Shown: positions 1-11,100, counted from the stretch's first letter. The stretch: DNA of 64,000 nucleotides from Histomonas meleagridis 2922-C6/04-290x (GCA_020184695.1 JAANOX010000177.1:60117-124116), one strand, 5' to 3'. The notes: generated from the letters alone by a model not told the origin. Program-made: numbers and translations.

Positions 1-1
1 G

Positions 2-1036
2 CCTGAGAAAAAACTTCAAATATTTGAAGCAATTACACCAGAAATATCAAACAAAGCCAAGGAACTTGTTGAGTCTGGCCTCGTTAATGTTCAAATTGAC
101 AAAGAAAAAAAGAAAATTTTTGTCTCATGTTGTATTTCCACAGAATATGGAACAGGTATCTCAAAAATAGTTAACAGTCACACTAACATTGTTCTTACAC
201 AATCCAATGGGAAAACCATTTACGAAAAACCACTTTCTGAAGAACAATCAGATGATACAATTATCAATAAACTTAGCGCTATGAAGATCAGCGAGATCCG
301 CGCTCTTGCCTCCTCTGCCACAGAACAAGAACTGTCGTTTCTTCTTGATGGTGTCAAAATGAATGATGAAGTTGCAAATTTTGGACTTAACAATGAAATT
401 GGCGTAGGCATTGCCTCTTCGATTCAGAACGACATTGGCACTGCTCTAAGTGGAGAAGGTCTTATGAGTATTATAATGCTCAAAGTTGCATCATCAATTG
501 AAAGTCGTTTAGATGGATGCCAACATTCCGTTATGAGCAGTGCTGGAGCTGGTAGCAAAGGGCTTGCCCTTATTATTCCACTGAGTGAAACAGCTCGCTA
601 CTTAGGTACATCGAATGAGAAATTTCTTCAAGCCCTCGCATTCGGTCATCTCCTTAATAGCTATATTAACATTAAAATTGGGAAATTGTCGCCGTTGTGC
701 ACATGTTCTTGCGCAGCCTCGACTGCGTCTTCGGCTGCAATGACATTATTATTTGGAGGTAACGACGAACAGATTGGACACGCTATAAGGAATATGACAG
801 GCTCTGTCACTGGAATGATTTGTGATGGAGGAAAAGTTGGATGCGCGTTGAAATTAGCAATGGCATCTGTATCAGCCTTCTTATGTGCACGTATGGCAAT
901 TCAAGGGGCAGCACTTCGGGAAAGTGACGGAATATGCGCCAAAACCCCTGAAGAATGTATTGAAAATATGAGTCGAATTGGTGTGGGAATGGAAAACACC
1001 GACTTGGAAATTCTGAACGTTATGTCTGAAAAGTGA
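2..1036 (+). CDS. L-cysteine desulfidase (CyuA/YhaM, serine dehydratase alpha-like family), 5' end outside the window
   Basis: The frame of ORF 281..1036 is open back to position 2 (PEKKLQIFEA...SHTNIVLTQ). It has the HTNIV motif, SSAGAGSKG (cf. SGSGNQG), LSPLCTC and GMICDGGKVGCALK (cf. GMICDGAKxxCAxK). Ends TGA. Confidence 0.8.
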   Translation, partial: PEKKLQIFEAITPEISNKAKELVESGLVNVQIDKEKKKIFVSCCISTEYGTGISKIVNSHTNIVLTQSNGKTIYEKPLSEEQSDDTIINKLSAMKISEIRALASSATEQELSFLLDGVKMNDEVANFGLNNEIGVGIASSIQNDIGTALSGEGLMSIIMLKVASSIESRLDGCQHSVMSSAGAGSKGLALIIPLSETARYLGTSNEKFLQALAFGHLLNSYINIKIGKLSPLCTCSCAASTASSAAMTLLFGGNDEQIGHAIRNMTGSVTGMICDGGKVGCALKLAMASVSAFLCARMAIQGAALRESDGICAKTPEECIENMSRIGVGMENTDLEILNVMSEK

Positions 1037-1160
1037 CACTGAATTGAATAAAACCGTTCCTGTCTTTTGAGGTCAATTCATTTTTGAAGCAACGATTTGA
1101 ATCATTACTTGTCAAATAATGAGACAAAATCAAGATTTCCGTTTTCCACTGCAATTTCGC

Positions 1161-1917
1161 ATATATAGGTGTGAGAGTAGTGTAAGCAAAAAAAATTTTC
1201 CAAAAAAGGAACCAAATTTTTTATATGTTACAGAGGTACCTTAATGAATATAATTTTGTAATTTATTTAAAAAAAAATTTGAAATCGCAAATTTACTGAT
1301 TTTTTTGAAATTCTCAGAATATTGAAATATTTTTCATATAATTGAATATTTTGGTTTATTTATTATCAAATAGTAGTAAAATTACAATGGAATTCCATTT
1401 ATTGTCAAATAATAGTAAAGTTAAAATGAAATTGTTTTTATATAAAATTTTACTCCATGCATTATTTTTTTTTTTTTTTTTCATATGATATTATTTCGAT
1501 TTGTTACAATGATTCTACAATGGTATTTTAAAATTTGAAGTACTATTAAATAGAATACAAACAATATTTTGTATTTATAATATTTTATCAAAATTCTTTC
1601 GTACATTTCAGAGTAATTTTCCATTTAATCAACAACAAATTTCAATATAATGATGCGACATGTGAATTGAAAAACATTTCTCAATATCACAAAAACATGA
1701 AAAAAAGATTTTAATGAAATTAATGTATACTCTTTTATAATAAAAATCAGATGAATTTTGATCATTGAATAATGTTATAATTAAAATAATGCATTTCAAT
1801 AAAGAAATTATTGTAAATTTTGAAAAAATAGAAAATAAATTGAATTTAATGTTATTACATCAGCAACTTCAATTTATGTTGAATAATTATTACATTAAAC
1901 AATTATGTTATATCAAC
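1161..1917. repeat. Dispersed non-coding repeat, copy 1 (inverted copy at 47469-48135)
   Basis: Reverse-complement matches seen at several anchors, e.g. ATATATAGGTGTGAGAGTAGTGTAAGC / GCTTACACTACTCTCACACCTATATAT and TGATGCGACATGTGAAT / ATTCACATGTCGCATCA. Copy 1 has about 120 extra bp near 1350-1480. Confidence 0.85.
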
Positions 1918-2229
1918 AAAAATGAACAAAATGTTGTGGCAACATGTTTCTTTGTGAAAATGCTGTTTTTGAATTGACTTTATATAAGCAATAAATATTT
2001 GAAATCAAAAAATAAAAATATCCAAAAAATATACGAATGAATTCACTCAAAGACATGTGATATAGGGTTTGATCTCTATGTTTATTAATATTTTCGAGTT
2101 ATATAAAAATCCCATTATAGAATTTTCCACTTACACGACTCTACTTTACTTAAAAAATCTTTCGGACAAATAAAAGATGAATTGGATTTGATAATTCCTA
2201 AGAAAATTTATCATTATATTCAACTATCG

Positions 2230-2935
2230 ATATATTAATAATATCAAATCCTTTATGATTAAGAAGTAATTTGGATATTACTAAATTTTCACTTATCAAT
2301 GAAATAATAAATGCATTATTAAATAATTTATAAGATTTTTAAAAATCAATGAATGATTTGATATTAAATCAATGAAACAATTATTAAAAATCTTAAAATA
2401 ATATTTTTAGCATTGATATCAATTCCTTTTTTTTCCAAGAATCAATTTTACTATTTCCTTATGACCTCTTTCTGATAACATAAGTACCGCATAAAATTAT
2501 TTAAATGAATTCCAAATAATTATTTTAAAAAACATTGAATTATACAATAAAATACTTTTAGGATTTAAATTAATATCTTCATGTTCAAGAAGCAATTTAA
2601 CTATTTAGTTATTTCCTTTTTTAGGTGCAAGTATAAGTTTTTAAAATAAAATAATTTCTAAATATTACATCAAAATTTTGAATTATTAAACCAAATATCA
2701 AATTAAGCATATTTTAATATCAATTCCTTCAAGTTCAATAAGTAATCTTACTACTTCGAAATTATTTTTAATAACTGTATTTGTAAGTGCATTTTCAAAT
2801 AGTTAGAATTATTACCGAATATTATTTTAAATCCGAATAATTGTGATAAACAAAAAATAAAACACAAATATTTCTATAGTTAACCTTAATTCCCTCTTGC
2901 TCAATAAGAAATTTAACAAGTCCTGCGTTGTTATA
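2230..2935 (-). pseudogene. Degenerate spacer-interrupted ankyrin array (same family as 19953-21230 and 28340-30771)
   Basis: Minus-strand blocks LVKFLIEQEGIKV, NALTNTVIKNNFEVVRLLIELEGIDIK, KLILAPKKGNN*IVKLLLEHEDIN, AVLMLSERGHKEIV and NAFIISLISENLVISKLLLNHKGFD, separated by spacer-like AT sequence. Periods are about 150, 153 and 173 nt, with an internal stop. Confidence 0.75.
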
Positions 2936-3281
2936 TTTATACAAGATATTAAACAATTTAAGTAACAAGCAAAGAAAAGAATTTCATATTAAATTTGTTT
3001 CCAATGAAAAACAAATTAAACATATATGTTTCTTAAATAATACTAACAGAGGAAAGCACGATTAAAAAAGATAGAGTAGTTGCTAATAAAAAATAAAATT
3101 ATCTAAATAACAAATTATTTGATATACAAATGACACATTCACAAAAAGCATCGGCGCCTGTGTACCAGCACCTTTTGGGCTTCAATTTTTAAACTCCAAA
3201 TTAAAGAAACATAAAAAATTGGTTTCTTGAAGAACCAGTTCGTTAATAAACCGCAAAGATTTTCAAACCATTCAATTTTTG

Positions 3282-3287
3282 TCATTT
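3282..3287 (+). promoter_or_regulatory. Putative trichomonad initiator (Inr, TCA-Y-T/A)
   Basis: TCATTT lies 11 nt upstream of ATG 3293, the typical Inr spacing in trichomonads. The motif is short, so chance occurrence is possible. Confidence 0.4.
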
Positions 3288-3292
3288 TTTCA

Positions 3293-6046
3293 ATGCTGAA
3301 ATTTCATGTTGAGAAATTTCTCAACGGATTCACTAATTTCCCAAGCGGAAATAACTTAACTAGCTCATGCCAAAAGCTGACTGAAAGCGACAATTTAGTA
3401 TCTACTTATTTTCGAAATGCTGTTCAAAATAATTCATTTCAAAAATTTGAACAAGAAAATTTTCTACTTTTACAACAAACATTTCAAGCAATTTCTGATA
3501 TTCTTGCTTCTTTAGTTGAATCCGAAAAATCTTCCCAAAAAGATTTCCAACAACTTTATAAAATACACCAAGAATTTTCTGCTAAAATCAGTGCAATTAA
3601 AGAATATGAAAAACTCCACAAGTTAGCTGGGAACAAAGTCAGCAAACTCCATCAAAAATTACTTGAACTTCAAGCATCATCAGGGAATCAAGATCAAATA
3701 AAAAGTCTTCAAAAGGAGCATAACGATGCAGTACAAGAAGAAGAAACGTATAGGATTCAATGGAAGACGAAGAATGAAGAGTTTCAAAAAGATTATTTAA
3801 TATATCAAAAAAATTTCGTTCGTATAATTTCCACTATCTTCAGCAACACAACATCTTCACGTACAAAGTCCAGCTCTTCCATATCACAACTTTCAAAGGC
3901 AATCAAAGAAAATGAATTTAATATCAAATATCAGAAAGATCAATCTGACGAAGCACTTTTAGCAGAAATCACTAAACTTAAGAAAAGGGTTATAAAGAAT
4001 GAGAAACTAATGGCAAAGGAATTGCACGTTGAAGACGTTGGTAGCGATTTCATAATGATCGACAACCTCCGCAAAAACGTTACACTTTCGGCCGAAGAAC
4101 GAAAAGAAATAAACAAAATCGCAAACAGTGAAACGCCTAAAGTCGAACGCGAAGAAATCGTAAACAAAAAAGAAAAAGAAATTAAAGTCGAAAATTTACA
4201 AAATAAAAACATTCAAAAAGAACAAAATGTAATAAAAGAAAATGTTAGCAAAGAAAAACAGAAAAGTAAAAATGAAAACGAAAAACAAGTGAACGAAATG
4301 AATGTAAATGATTTTCTGATTAGTTCAATGATAAAAAATGAAATTCCATCGAAGTCAAAAGAAAAAATGGAAATAAATCACAAAAAGGAAAATGAAATAT
4401 CAAATGAAAAAATGAAAACTGAAACTGAACAAAACAAAATTCGCGAAACTAAAGAAGAAACAAAAAGCAATCAAAAAGAAGAAATAAAAATAGAACAAAT
4501 TGACGAAACAAAACAAGAAGCAGAGAACAAACGCAATGACAAATTAGAAGAAACGGAAATTAATCAAATCAACGAAACAAAAGAAACAGAGAACAAATAT
4601 AATAATATTACAGAAGAAAATGAAATAAGTCAAATTGGTGAAACTAAAGAAGAAACAGAAAACATTAAAACAGAAGAAACGGAAATTAATCAAATTGATG
4701 AAACTAAAGAAACAGAACAAAATGCCGAAGCAGAAGAAACGGAAATAAACCAAATCAACGAAACAAAAGAAACAGATAACAAATGCAATAATAAAACAAA
4801 AGAAAATGAAATAAGTCAAATTGGTGAAACTAAAGAAGAAACAGAAAACATTAAAACAGAAGAAACGGAAATTAATCAAATTGATGAAACTAAAGAAACA
4901 GAACAAAACGCCGAAGCAGAAGAAACGGAAATAAACCAAATCAACGAAACAAAAGAAACAGATAACAAATGCAATAATAAAACAAAAGAAAATGAAATAA
5001 GTCAAATTGGTGAAACTAAAGAAGAAACAGAAAACATTAAAACAGAAGAAACGGAAATAATTCAAATCAACGAAACAAAAGAAACAGAAAACATTAAAAA
5101 AGAAGAAACGGAAATTAATCAAATTGATGAAACTAAAGAAACAGAAAACATTAAAACAGAAGAAACGGAAATAAACCAAATCAACGAAACAAAAGAAACA
5201 GAGAACAAATATAATAATATTACAGAAGAAAATGAAATAAGTCAAATTGATGAAACTAAAGAAACAGAAAACATTAAAACAGAAGAAACGGAAACAAATC
5301 AAATCAACGAAACAAAAGAAACAGAAAACATTAAAAAAGAAGAAACGGAAATTAATCAAATTGGTGAAACTAAAGAAGAAACAGAAAACATTAAAACAGA
5401 AGAAACGGAAATAAACCAAATCAACGAAACAAAAGAAACAGATAACAAATGCAATAATATTACAGAAGAAAATGAAATAAGTCAAATTGGTGAAACTAAA
5501 GAAGAAACAGAAAACATTAAAACAGAAGAAACGGAAATAAATCAAATCAACGAAACAAAAGAAACAGAGAACAAATATAATAATATTACAGAAGAAAATG
5601 AAATAAGTCAAATTGGTGAAACGAAAGAAGAAACAGAAAACGAGCAAAGCAATAAAACAGAAGAAACGGAAATAATTCAAATCAACGAAACAAAAGAAAC
5701 AGAGAACAAACGCAATAATAAAACAGAAGAAACGGAAATCAATCAAATTGATGAAACTAAAGAAACAGAACAAAACACCGAAGCAGAAGAAACGGAATCA
5801 ACACCAAATAGCAAAGAAGAAGAACCAAAAGAAACAGAACGAATTAACGAAGCAGAAGAAGCAAAGCAAGCGCAAATCCCTCGAACAGAAGCGCATGTTA
5901 ACACCGAAGTCGCAACAGAGAATGAAGCCAAACCACTTCCAAGTCAGGGCGCAACGGGCAATGAGCCCAAGCCAGAGCAGCGACAGCCGAACGCATATGG
6001 AAGATACAACAATAAGAACAAAAGACGTGGAAAGAGACGAAGGTGA
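3293..6046 (+). CDS. Hypothetical protein: N-terminal helical/coiled-coil (BAR-like?) region, long acidic E/T/N/K repeat region, basic C-terminal tail
   Basis: ORF 3227..6046; first ATG at 3293. Repeats have the core EIxQIxETKE. Ends RYNNKNKRRGKRRR (NLS-like). Confidence 0.75.
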   Translation: MLKFHVEKFLNGFTNFPSGNNLTSSCQKLTESDNLVSTYFRNAVQNNSFQKFEQENFLLLQQTFQAISDILASLVESEKSSQKDFQQLYKIHQEFSAKISAIKEYEKLHKLAGNKVSKLHQKLLELQASSGNQDQIKSLQKEHNDAVQEEETYRIQWKTKNEEFQKDYLIYQKNFVRIISTIFSNTTSSRTKSSSSISQLSKAIKENEFNIKYQKDQSDEALLAEITKLKKRVIKNEKLMAKELHVEDVGSDFIMIDNLRKNVTLSAEERKEINKIANSETPKVEREEIVNKKEKEIKVENLQNKNIQKEQNVIKENVSKEKQKSKNENEKQVNEMNVNDFLISSMIKNEIPSKSKEKMEINHKKENEISNEKMKTETEQNKIRETKEETKSNQKEEIKIEQIDETKQEAENKRNDKLEETEINQINETKETENKYNNITEENEISQIGETKEETENIKTEETEINQIDETKETEQNAEAEETEINQINETKETDNKCNNKTKENEISQIGETKEETENIKTEETEINQIDETKETEQNAEAEETEINQINETKETDNKCNNKTKENEISQIGETKEETENIKTEETEIIQINETKETENIKKEETEINQIDETKETENIKTEETEINQINETKETENKYNNITEENEISQIDETKETENIKTEETETNQINETKETENIKKEETEINQIGETKEETENIKTEETEINQINETKETDNKCNNITEENEISQIGETKEETENIKTEETEINQINETKETENKYNNITEENEISQIGETKEETENEQSNKTEETEIIQINETKETENKRNNKTEETEINQIDETKETEQNTEAEETESTPNSKEEEPKETERINEAEEAKQAQIPRTEAHVNTEVATENEAKPLPSQGATGNEPKPEQRQPNAYGRYNNKNKRRGKRRR
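4470..5790 (+). repeat. Coding tandem repeat: ~19-23 aa subunits with a 186-nt (62-aa) higher-order unit
   Basis: GAAAATGAAATAAGTCAAATTGGTG recurs at 4616, 4802 and 4988. Downstream copies reshuffle the subunits. Confidence 0.9.
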
Positions 6047-6111
6047 ATTTCACCTTCGTCTGATATGTTCAAAATTCGAAATAACGTAAAATATTAATTA
6101 AACATTATGTT

Positions 6112-7410
6112 GTGTTTAAACTTTTATGTAATGGATCGCGTCGAAAATGTTTTGTTTCATCTGATTTCGATGTTCATTTTCTGCAATTTGACATTGAGGA
6201 GAACGTTAACGGAGAAATGCAGTTTCAGCTGCCAGGACAGACAACAAATGCTCTTTTTACTGCTTCTGGACTCAGACTGCCGACTTTAAACTTCTCTTCT
6301 CCTGGTCAAAGTACACAATCGAATATAAAGGAAACTTCTTTTTTCTCCAAATGTAAAATTCAATTAAAATCACCACGAGAAAGTATTGGTACTAAGAGAG
6401 ATAAACACGGTGTGGTAACTATCACATCTAACCCATCAACAATCAATTTTACAATAGAAAAATTTGGATATTCAATTAACATCAACGAGAAAAGATATAA
6501 ATGGGAAAAACTTTCAGCAAAAAGCATAAAGATTATGGATTCATCTAAAACAACAATAAACATAATTTTCTATAGAAGCACAGAATGCATTTCGTTCATT
6601 GCAACATTATTCTTACATAAGCACAAACAACAACAAAACGTAGCAGACATTATACTTGGAGATGGTCACCCAATTAATCCGAAAGATGATTTCAAAGTTC
6701 TTACAACAAAATGGAATCTCAAAACGCCAACTTCACTTGGTGGCCTTATTTCTGATCAAAAAGAAATTTCCAAGGATGAGCTCCCTTATTCTGAGAAAGA
6801 GATTCTTAATGGTGCCAAAACTGGTGGAATTCGTTGTTACATTAGTACGGAAAAACTCTTCATTTATGAAATCACTGAAGTCCATGAGTTTAGACAAAGG
6901 ATCAGAATAGCTGCAATCTATCCCAAGTTCCTTGAAATCGAAAATCTTTGCAACGAACTTCAAAAAGTGGCAGAAGCGACCGTTAAGAAACAACGTATCG
7001 TTCACACAACACGAGAAATGAAAAGGAGATTAGATGAATTAAATGCAAGTATTGCTAAAAACTCAATCACAATAGAAAGGTTGAAAGAAGAACAGATGAG
7101 TGCTGAAAGAAAATTGGAAGAGATTCAAAAAACAAAACGAAGAATTGATGTTGATGAGAGTCAAAATCAACTCGAAATGGTTAAAGAGCAATTGGAGTTA
7201 AAGGAAATTTACAATACAACTATCGAAAAGGAAGAGGAACTTCATTTAAATATGATGCATCGACGTGGCGAATGCGCACTATTAGCAAAGTGTATAGAAA
7301 GCGCATTTGCTGTGATGTGCGCTGGGCTAGCAGAGAGGACAGACAAGCAATCTGTGATGGAAGCAATTGAAAATGCTCAAAGACAGATCGCCGAATCCCT
7401 CTATATTTAA
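6112..7410 (+). CDS. Hypothetical protein with C-terminal coiled coil; possible degenerate FKBP-like middle segment
   Basis: 432-aa ORF (track start is GTG; first in-frame ATG 6217). The C-terminus has heptad-like E/K/Q sequence. GDGHPI...LNGAKTGGIR loosely resembles FKBP motifs. Confidence 0.6.
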   Translation: MFKLLCNGSRRKCFVSSDFDVHFLQFDIEENVNGEMQFQLPGQTTNALFTASGLRLPTLNFSSPGQSTQSNIKETSFFSKCKIQLKSPRESIGTKRDKHGVVTITSNPSTINFTIEKFGYSININEKRYKWEKLSAKSIKIMDSSKTTINIIFYRSTECISFIATLFLHKHKQQQNVADIILGDGHPINPKDDFKVLTTKWNLKTPTSLGGLISDQKEISKDELPYSEKEILNGAKTGGIRCYISTEKLFIYEITEVHEFRQRIRIAAIYPKFLEIENLCNELQKVAEATVKKQRIVHTTREMKRRLDELNASIAKNSITIERLKEEQMSAERKLEEIQKTKRRIDVDESQNQLEMVKEQLELKEIYNTTIEKEEELHLNMMHRRGECALLAKCIESAFAVMCAGLAERTDKQSVMEAIENAQRQIAESLYI

Positions 7411-8164
7411 TGTGAAAATTTTCGAAGACATTAAATCTGTAAAGTTTATTAAGGTTGTTTCTTTTTTTTCTCAAGCAATTTCATGAGTAAAATTTGCCGC
7501 GCAACAATTCGAATGTGTAAACGGTCGTTTCCACAAACTTTGGAATTTTGGCAAAAATAATTTGGTAGCAAATAATTTCATCCAATCATGTAATAACCTC
7601 ATGACCAATATTGGTAATAAGAAGAAATACAAGATAGTTTTTTATTTATGACAAAAAATTTGAACCTGTCAGATTACCCAAATTTTTGTGAAAATTATTT
7701 CTTTTTCAATAGCATATAATTGGGTTTGTGTGGCCTATCCAAACGGTTTCAACTGCAAGTTTTCAGTGGAAATTGTCAGTTATATATTGTTTGTGTTAAC
7801 CATTTTCTCGTTGGAAAATTGAACACTCAATTTCAAAGCAATTTGGTCAGCCGGTGTAGGGAAAATATCGAAATCGAAATTATGGATTATTTATGAAACG
7901 TATCCAAATGATAATCAGGATTTATAAATAAACACTAATATATAATATTAATATATTTTTATTTACATTTATAATGTTTATTAGATCGAGAAATTATTAA
8001 TTTATATATGAATTAGTTCTATACAATTTGAATCCATAGTTTCCCACAATTCATTCATACACAAAAATTGAAAATTATCATTCAAAAATTGTATATTTAA
8101 AATTTGTGCTCTGAATTTTCAATGTATAGAGCCGTCATTTGGTCGTTGTTGCACACTTTGAACA

Positions 8165-8869
8165 ATGATGGTTGAAAGGTTTTTTGGGAATCCTAGTCTG
8201 AGGGACAATGCACAGATAGTCGCAAATGACCCAGTATTCTTAAAGTTATCGCCTCAGGATCGACAAGAATTTTTCCAACTTATGAACATTTTTGCTTTCT
8301 CTGAAGATAGAAACAAAAGGAACCTAGGAATGACAACATTCATAAAGCATCTCAGCCTCATTCATAGTTATATTTGCAGAGGTGATATATATGATGCAAT
8401 GCGAGGTTTCGTTTGTGGTATAGAATTTGGGACAAATTCCTTCCTTATTAACACAGGAAAACTAAAAAAGCTAATGTTCCGTTCTAAGTCTTGTATGAAT
8501 GGATGCTTCCAGAAGTTAGGATACAACGTTTGTAAGCCTTCTCATGATATGATGTCTCTTTTCTCACAAATTTTACCTGGCGTTGGCACACATTTATTGA
8601 CAGCAAGACAGTGGTGTGCTAGAAGATCTTCAGAAAATACTCGTTTATTCTTTGCACCAAACGTAAAAATTGCACTTGTCCTTCAAGCTGCAAATATTCA
8701 ACAGCCACCAACTCCAAATACAAGTGAACAAACTCCAGAAATAGTAGAAAAATCAGATACAAATAATCCTCTTTTCATGTTTGATATACAATCTTTGTTA
8801 AATCACCCAGGGGCAGACAGTAACATTCATCGGATGTCAACTGCCTTGTTCCCTCCTTTGCGTTGCTAG
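8165..8869 (+). CDS. Initiator-binding domain (IBD, IBP39-like) protein
   Basis: FIKHLSLIHSYICRGDIYDAMRGFVCGIEF...INTGKLKKLMFRSKSCMNGCFQKLGY...LPG...RQWCAR matches the parabasalid IBD pattern (CGI.W, INT.qL..L.gKsKSsING.f..lGY, RQW.vR). Confidence 0.85.
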   Translation: MMVERFFGNPSLRDNAQIVANDPVFLKLSPQDRQEFFQLMNIFAFSEDRNKRNLGMTTFIKHLSLIHSYICRGDIYDAMRGFVCGIEFGTNSFLINTGKLKKLMFRSKSCMNGCFQKLGYNVCKPSHDMMSLFSQILPGVGTHLLTARQWCARRSSENTRLFFAPNVKIALVLQAANIQQPPTPNTSEQTPEIVEKSDTNNPLFMFDIQSLLNHPGADSNIHRMSTALFPPLRC

Positions 8870-9697
8870 TTATAGCGTAAATCTAATTTAATCGATCTTT
8901 TTTTTTTAAATGAAAGCCAGTCACATGAAACCATTTTCAAATCAACATGTTTTAAACAGTACATCGTTTTTAAGCTGAAGAAAATCGGTGTTTTTTTGTC
9001 GATTTCCCGAAACTATCGTTATGCTTTTGTGAACTTTATCCGAGATTTTTATTTGAATTAACTGGCCGCTTTAACTTTTTGTACATTATTCAAATTCATC
9101 GTTTTTTTCGACTTATTGTCTCAATTTTGTTAGCTTGTTTGTTCTATCTTCTTTGCAGTATTCCAATGCAGACTTTACTTACGCATTAAAATAATCATTG
9201 AAAACCAGGCAAGTCTAATTATTATTCATCATAAGTCTCTCTCAAATAAATAGGAAAAAAATCAAATTTCATGAATAATTTTACTCATTATGTTCTCTAA
9301 TATCATATTTTAACATATTTATTCACTAACGCTCAAAGCCATTCGAATTCTTATACTAAAAAAAAATAAAAAAAAGAGCTCAAATCAACTTAATTTTATT
9401 TTCACACTTCCTTTAATACATGTCCTTTTAATCCACATTACTACATCCCGTTTTTACCAGCCTTTATTTTTCATTTGTAAATAGCCAAAAATCTATATTT
9501 AATTTTATAATAAAACAATTTATCTCTGATATATTTTAACACACAAGCGTAACTTTATACAGTGAAACAACCTCTTAATTTGTATTGTTAAATCCATGTT
9601 AATTTTCATAATTATGCTAATAATGATTTCCATGTTTAAAAGGATCAATAAAAATTTTATCATTGCTTTATTTTATAAAATCATTTTGTAATTATTG

Positions 9698-10981
9698 TTA
9701 AGATATTAAACGCGAAATTATTGAAGGGAATGATGTTGTGGGGCACCCCAAAGCTTCATTCTGTGCTTCGTCGCTTGTTGTGAGCGTGCCATCTGGGAGC
9801 ACCTCGACCACCAGCCTCGCCGGGCAGTCTTGAATCCAGTATGTAATTGCCAAAGTGAAGTTATCATTTGGAGCGATATCAATTGAAAGAGATCCTGTTG
9901 TCTGCTCTTCTTGCTCACAGAACGCATCGTGGATAACGTGTCCCCAAGTGGCTGCTCTTTTCAGGATGTTCAATATTGTGTCAAATGATTCAAGTCTTGT
10001 AAGTGGAACTCTCGCAAGAACAATAGAATAGACACTCTTGTCATTAAGAAGGAGCCTGACTTGGTTATCGCCAATTGATCTGATAACATCTGTTTTAAGT
10101 TTCATGATTTTTGATGGGGTTGATGATAATGAGTTTTCAATTACAAGACGATGGCCACAAAGATTAGAAACTTCCTTAAGTTGGCTTGTAGGAAATATAA
10201 TAGGTGGGTCAATCACAATCATTGGGGTCTTTCGTTGCTGCTCGAAGGTGTCGAACGTTAACACGGCGTCATAACCGTCAATAAACGGGAACCTATAACC
10301 GCCCAACGATAGCTTGAACGTTAAGGCGGTTGGAAGAGATGAAATCACACTCGAAAGTTGCTGTTGTTGTGTCTCATGCTCTATTATGTAAAGCCTTGCA
10401 GCCATTGACATTAAGTGAGAAACATGTGATTGACGCCCAGTTTCAAGAAATTCTTTGATTTCTGGGAGATCAAAATCAGTATTTGATGCATTAACATGGA
10501 GATTTGCAGAAGATATATATTCTTGACCTTCTATTTTGATATCAAATGAAAACCCTTTCCCGCTAATGATTAGTTGACCTTCTTGATCACCATTGTCTAT
10601 ATATGTTGATGTAAGTCCACAGTTTTTTGCTTCTTGTTTAAACCATTCAGCAATTCCTTGATGTGTTGATTTTGAAGGATCTTGTGCATAGCGATCTATA
10701 AGTGAAAGTGATTGAAAGATTGAATCAACAACGCGCCATAATTTTGTATCATTATTTTGAACAGCTCCATACGCACCATCCTTTGTAGCATGTGTTTTAA
10801 GAAATCTTTCTTGATTTATAATGGCTTCTTGAAGTGTTTTAAAAGATTGATAAATCAAAAAAGATTTTCCGTATGCATGAACTGGTCCTAATGCTTGCGC
10901 TGATCCAGGATCGAGCAAGTCTTCATATAAATCAAGTAACCCTCTTTTAATATGTGTGACCAGCTCTCCAAAAGTTTCCAT
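9698..10981 (-). CDS. Hypothetical protein, possibly Mediator Med1-like
   Basis: Intact 427-aa ORF. IVIDPPIIFP and LARVPLTRLESFDTILNILKRAATWGHVI resemble Med1 core segments (inference). Confidence 0.45.
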   Translation of the reverse strand: METFGELVTHIKRGLLDLYEDLLDPGSAQALGPVHAYGKSFLIYQSFKTLQEAIINQERFLKTHATKDGAYGAVQNNDTKLWRVVDSIFQSLSLIDRYAQDPSKSTHQGIAEWFKQEAKNCGLTSTYIDNGDQEGQLIISGKGFSFDIKIEGQEYISSANLHVNASNTDFDLPEIKEFLETGRQSHVSHLMSMAARLYIIEHETQQQQLSSVISSLPTALTFKLSLGGYRFPFIDGYDAVLTFDTFEQQRKTPMIVIDPPIIFPTSQLKEVSNLCGHRLVIENSLSSTPSKIMKLKTDVIRSIGDNQVRLLLNDKSVYSIVLARVPLTRLESFDTILNILKRAATWGHVIHDAFCEQEEQTTGSLSIDIAPNDNFTLAITYWIQDCPARLVVEVLPDGTLTTSDEAQNEALGCPTTSFPSIISRLIS

Positions 10982-11100
10982 TTTGTCCTGATGTCACTTT
11001 TACCAAATTTCATTAGTTTACATTTGACCTCACATTAACAAAAAAAAAAATTAAAAAATAACTAAAAAAAATTATTTTACAAACAAAATAAAACAAAAAA

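Noticed and set aside
1765-1977. 70-aa ORF
   Set aside because: TTG start, low complexity, and mostly inside the dispersed repeat whose second copy does not obviously preserve it.
4544-5773. 409-aa Phe/Cys-rich minus-strand ORF
   Set aside because: It is the antisense shadow of the acidic repeat. The same applies to 44923..45432, 50161..50667, 38516..38896 and the short ORFs overlapping real genes.
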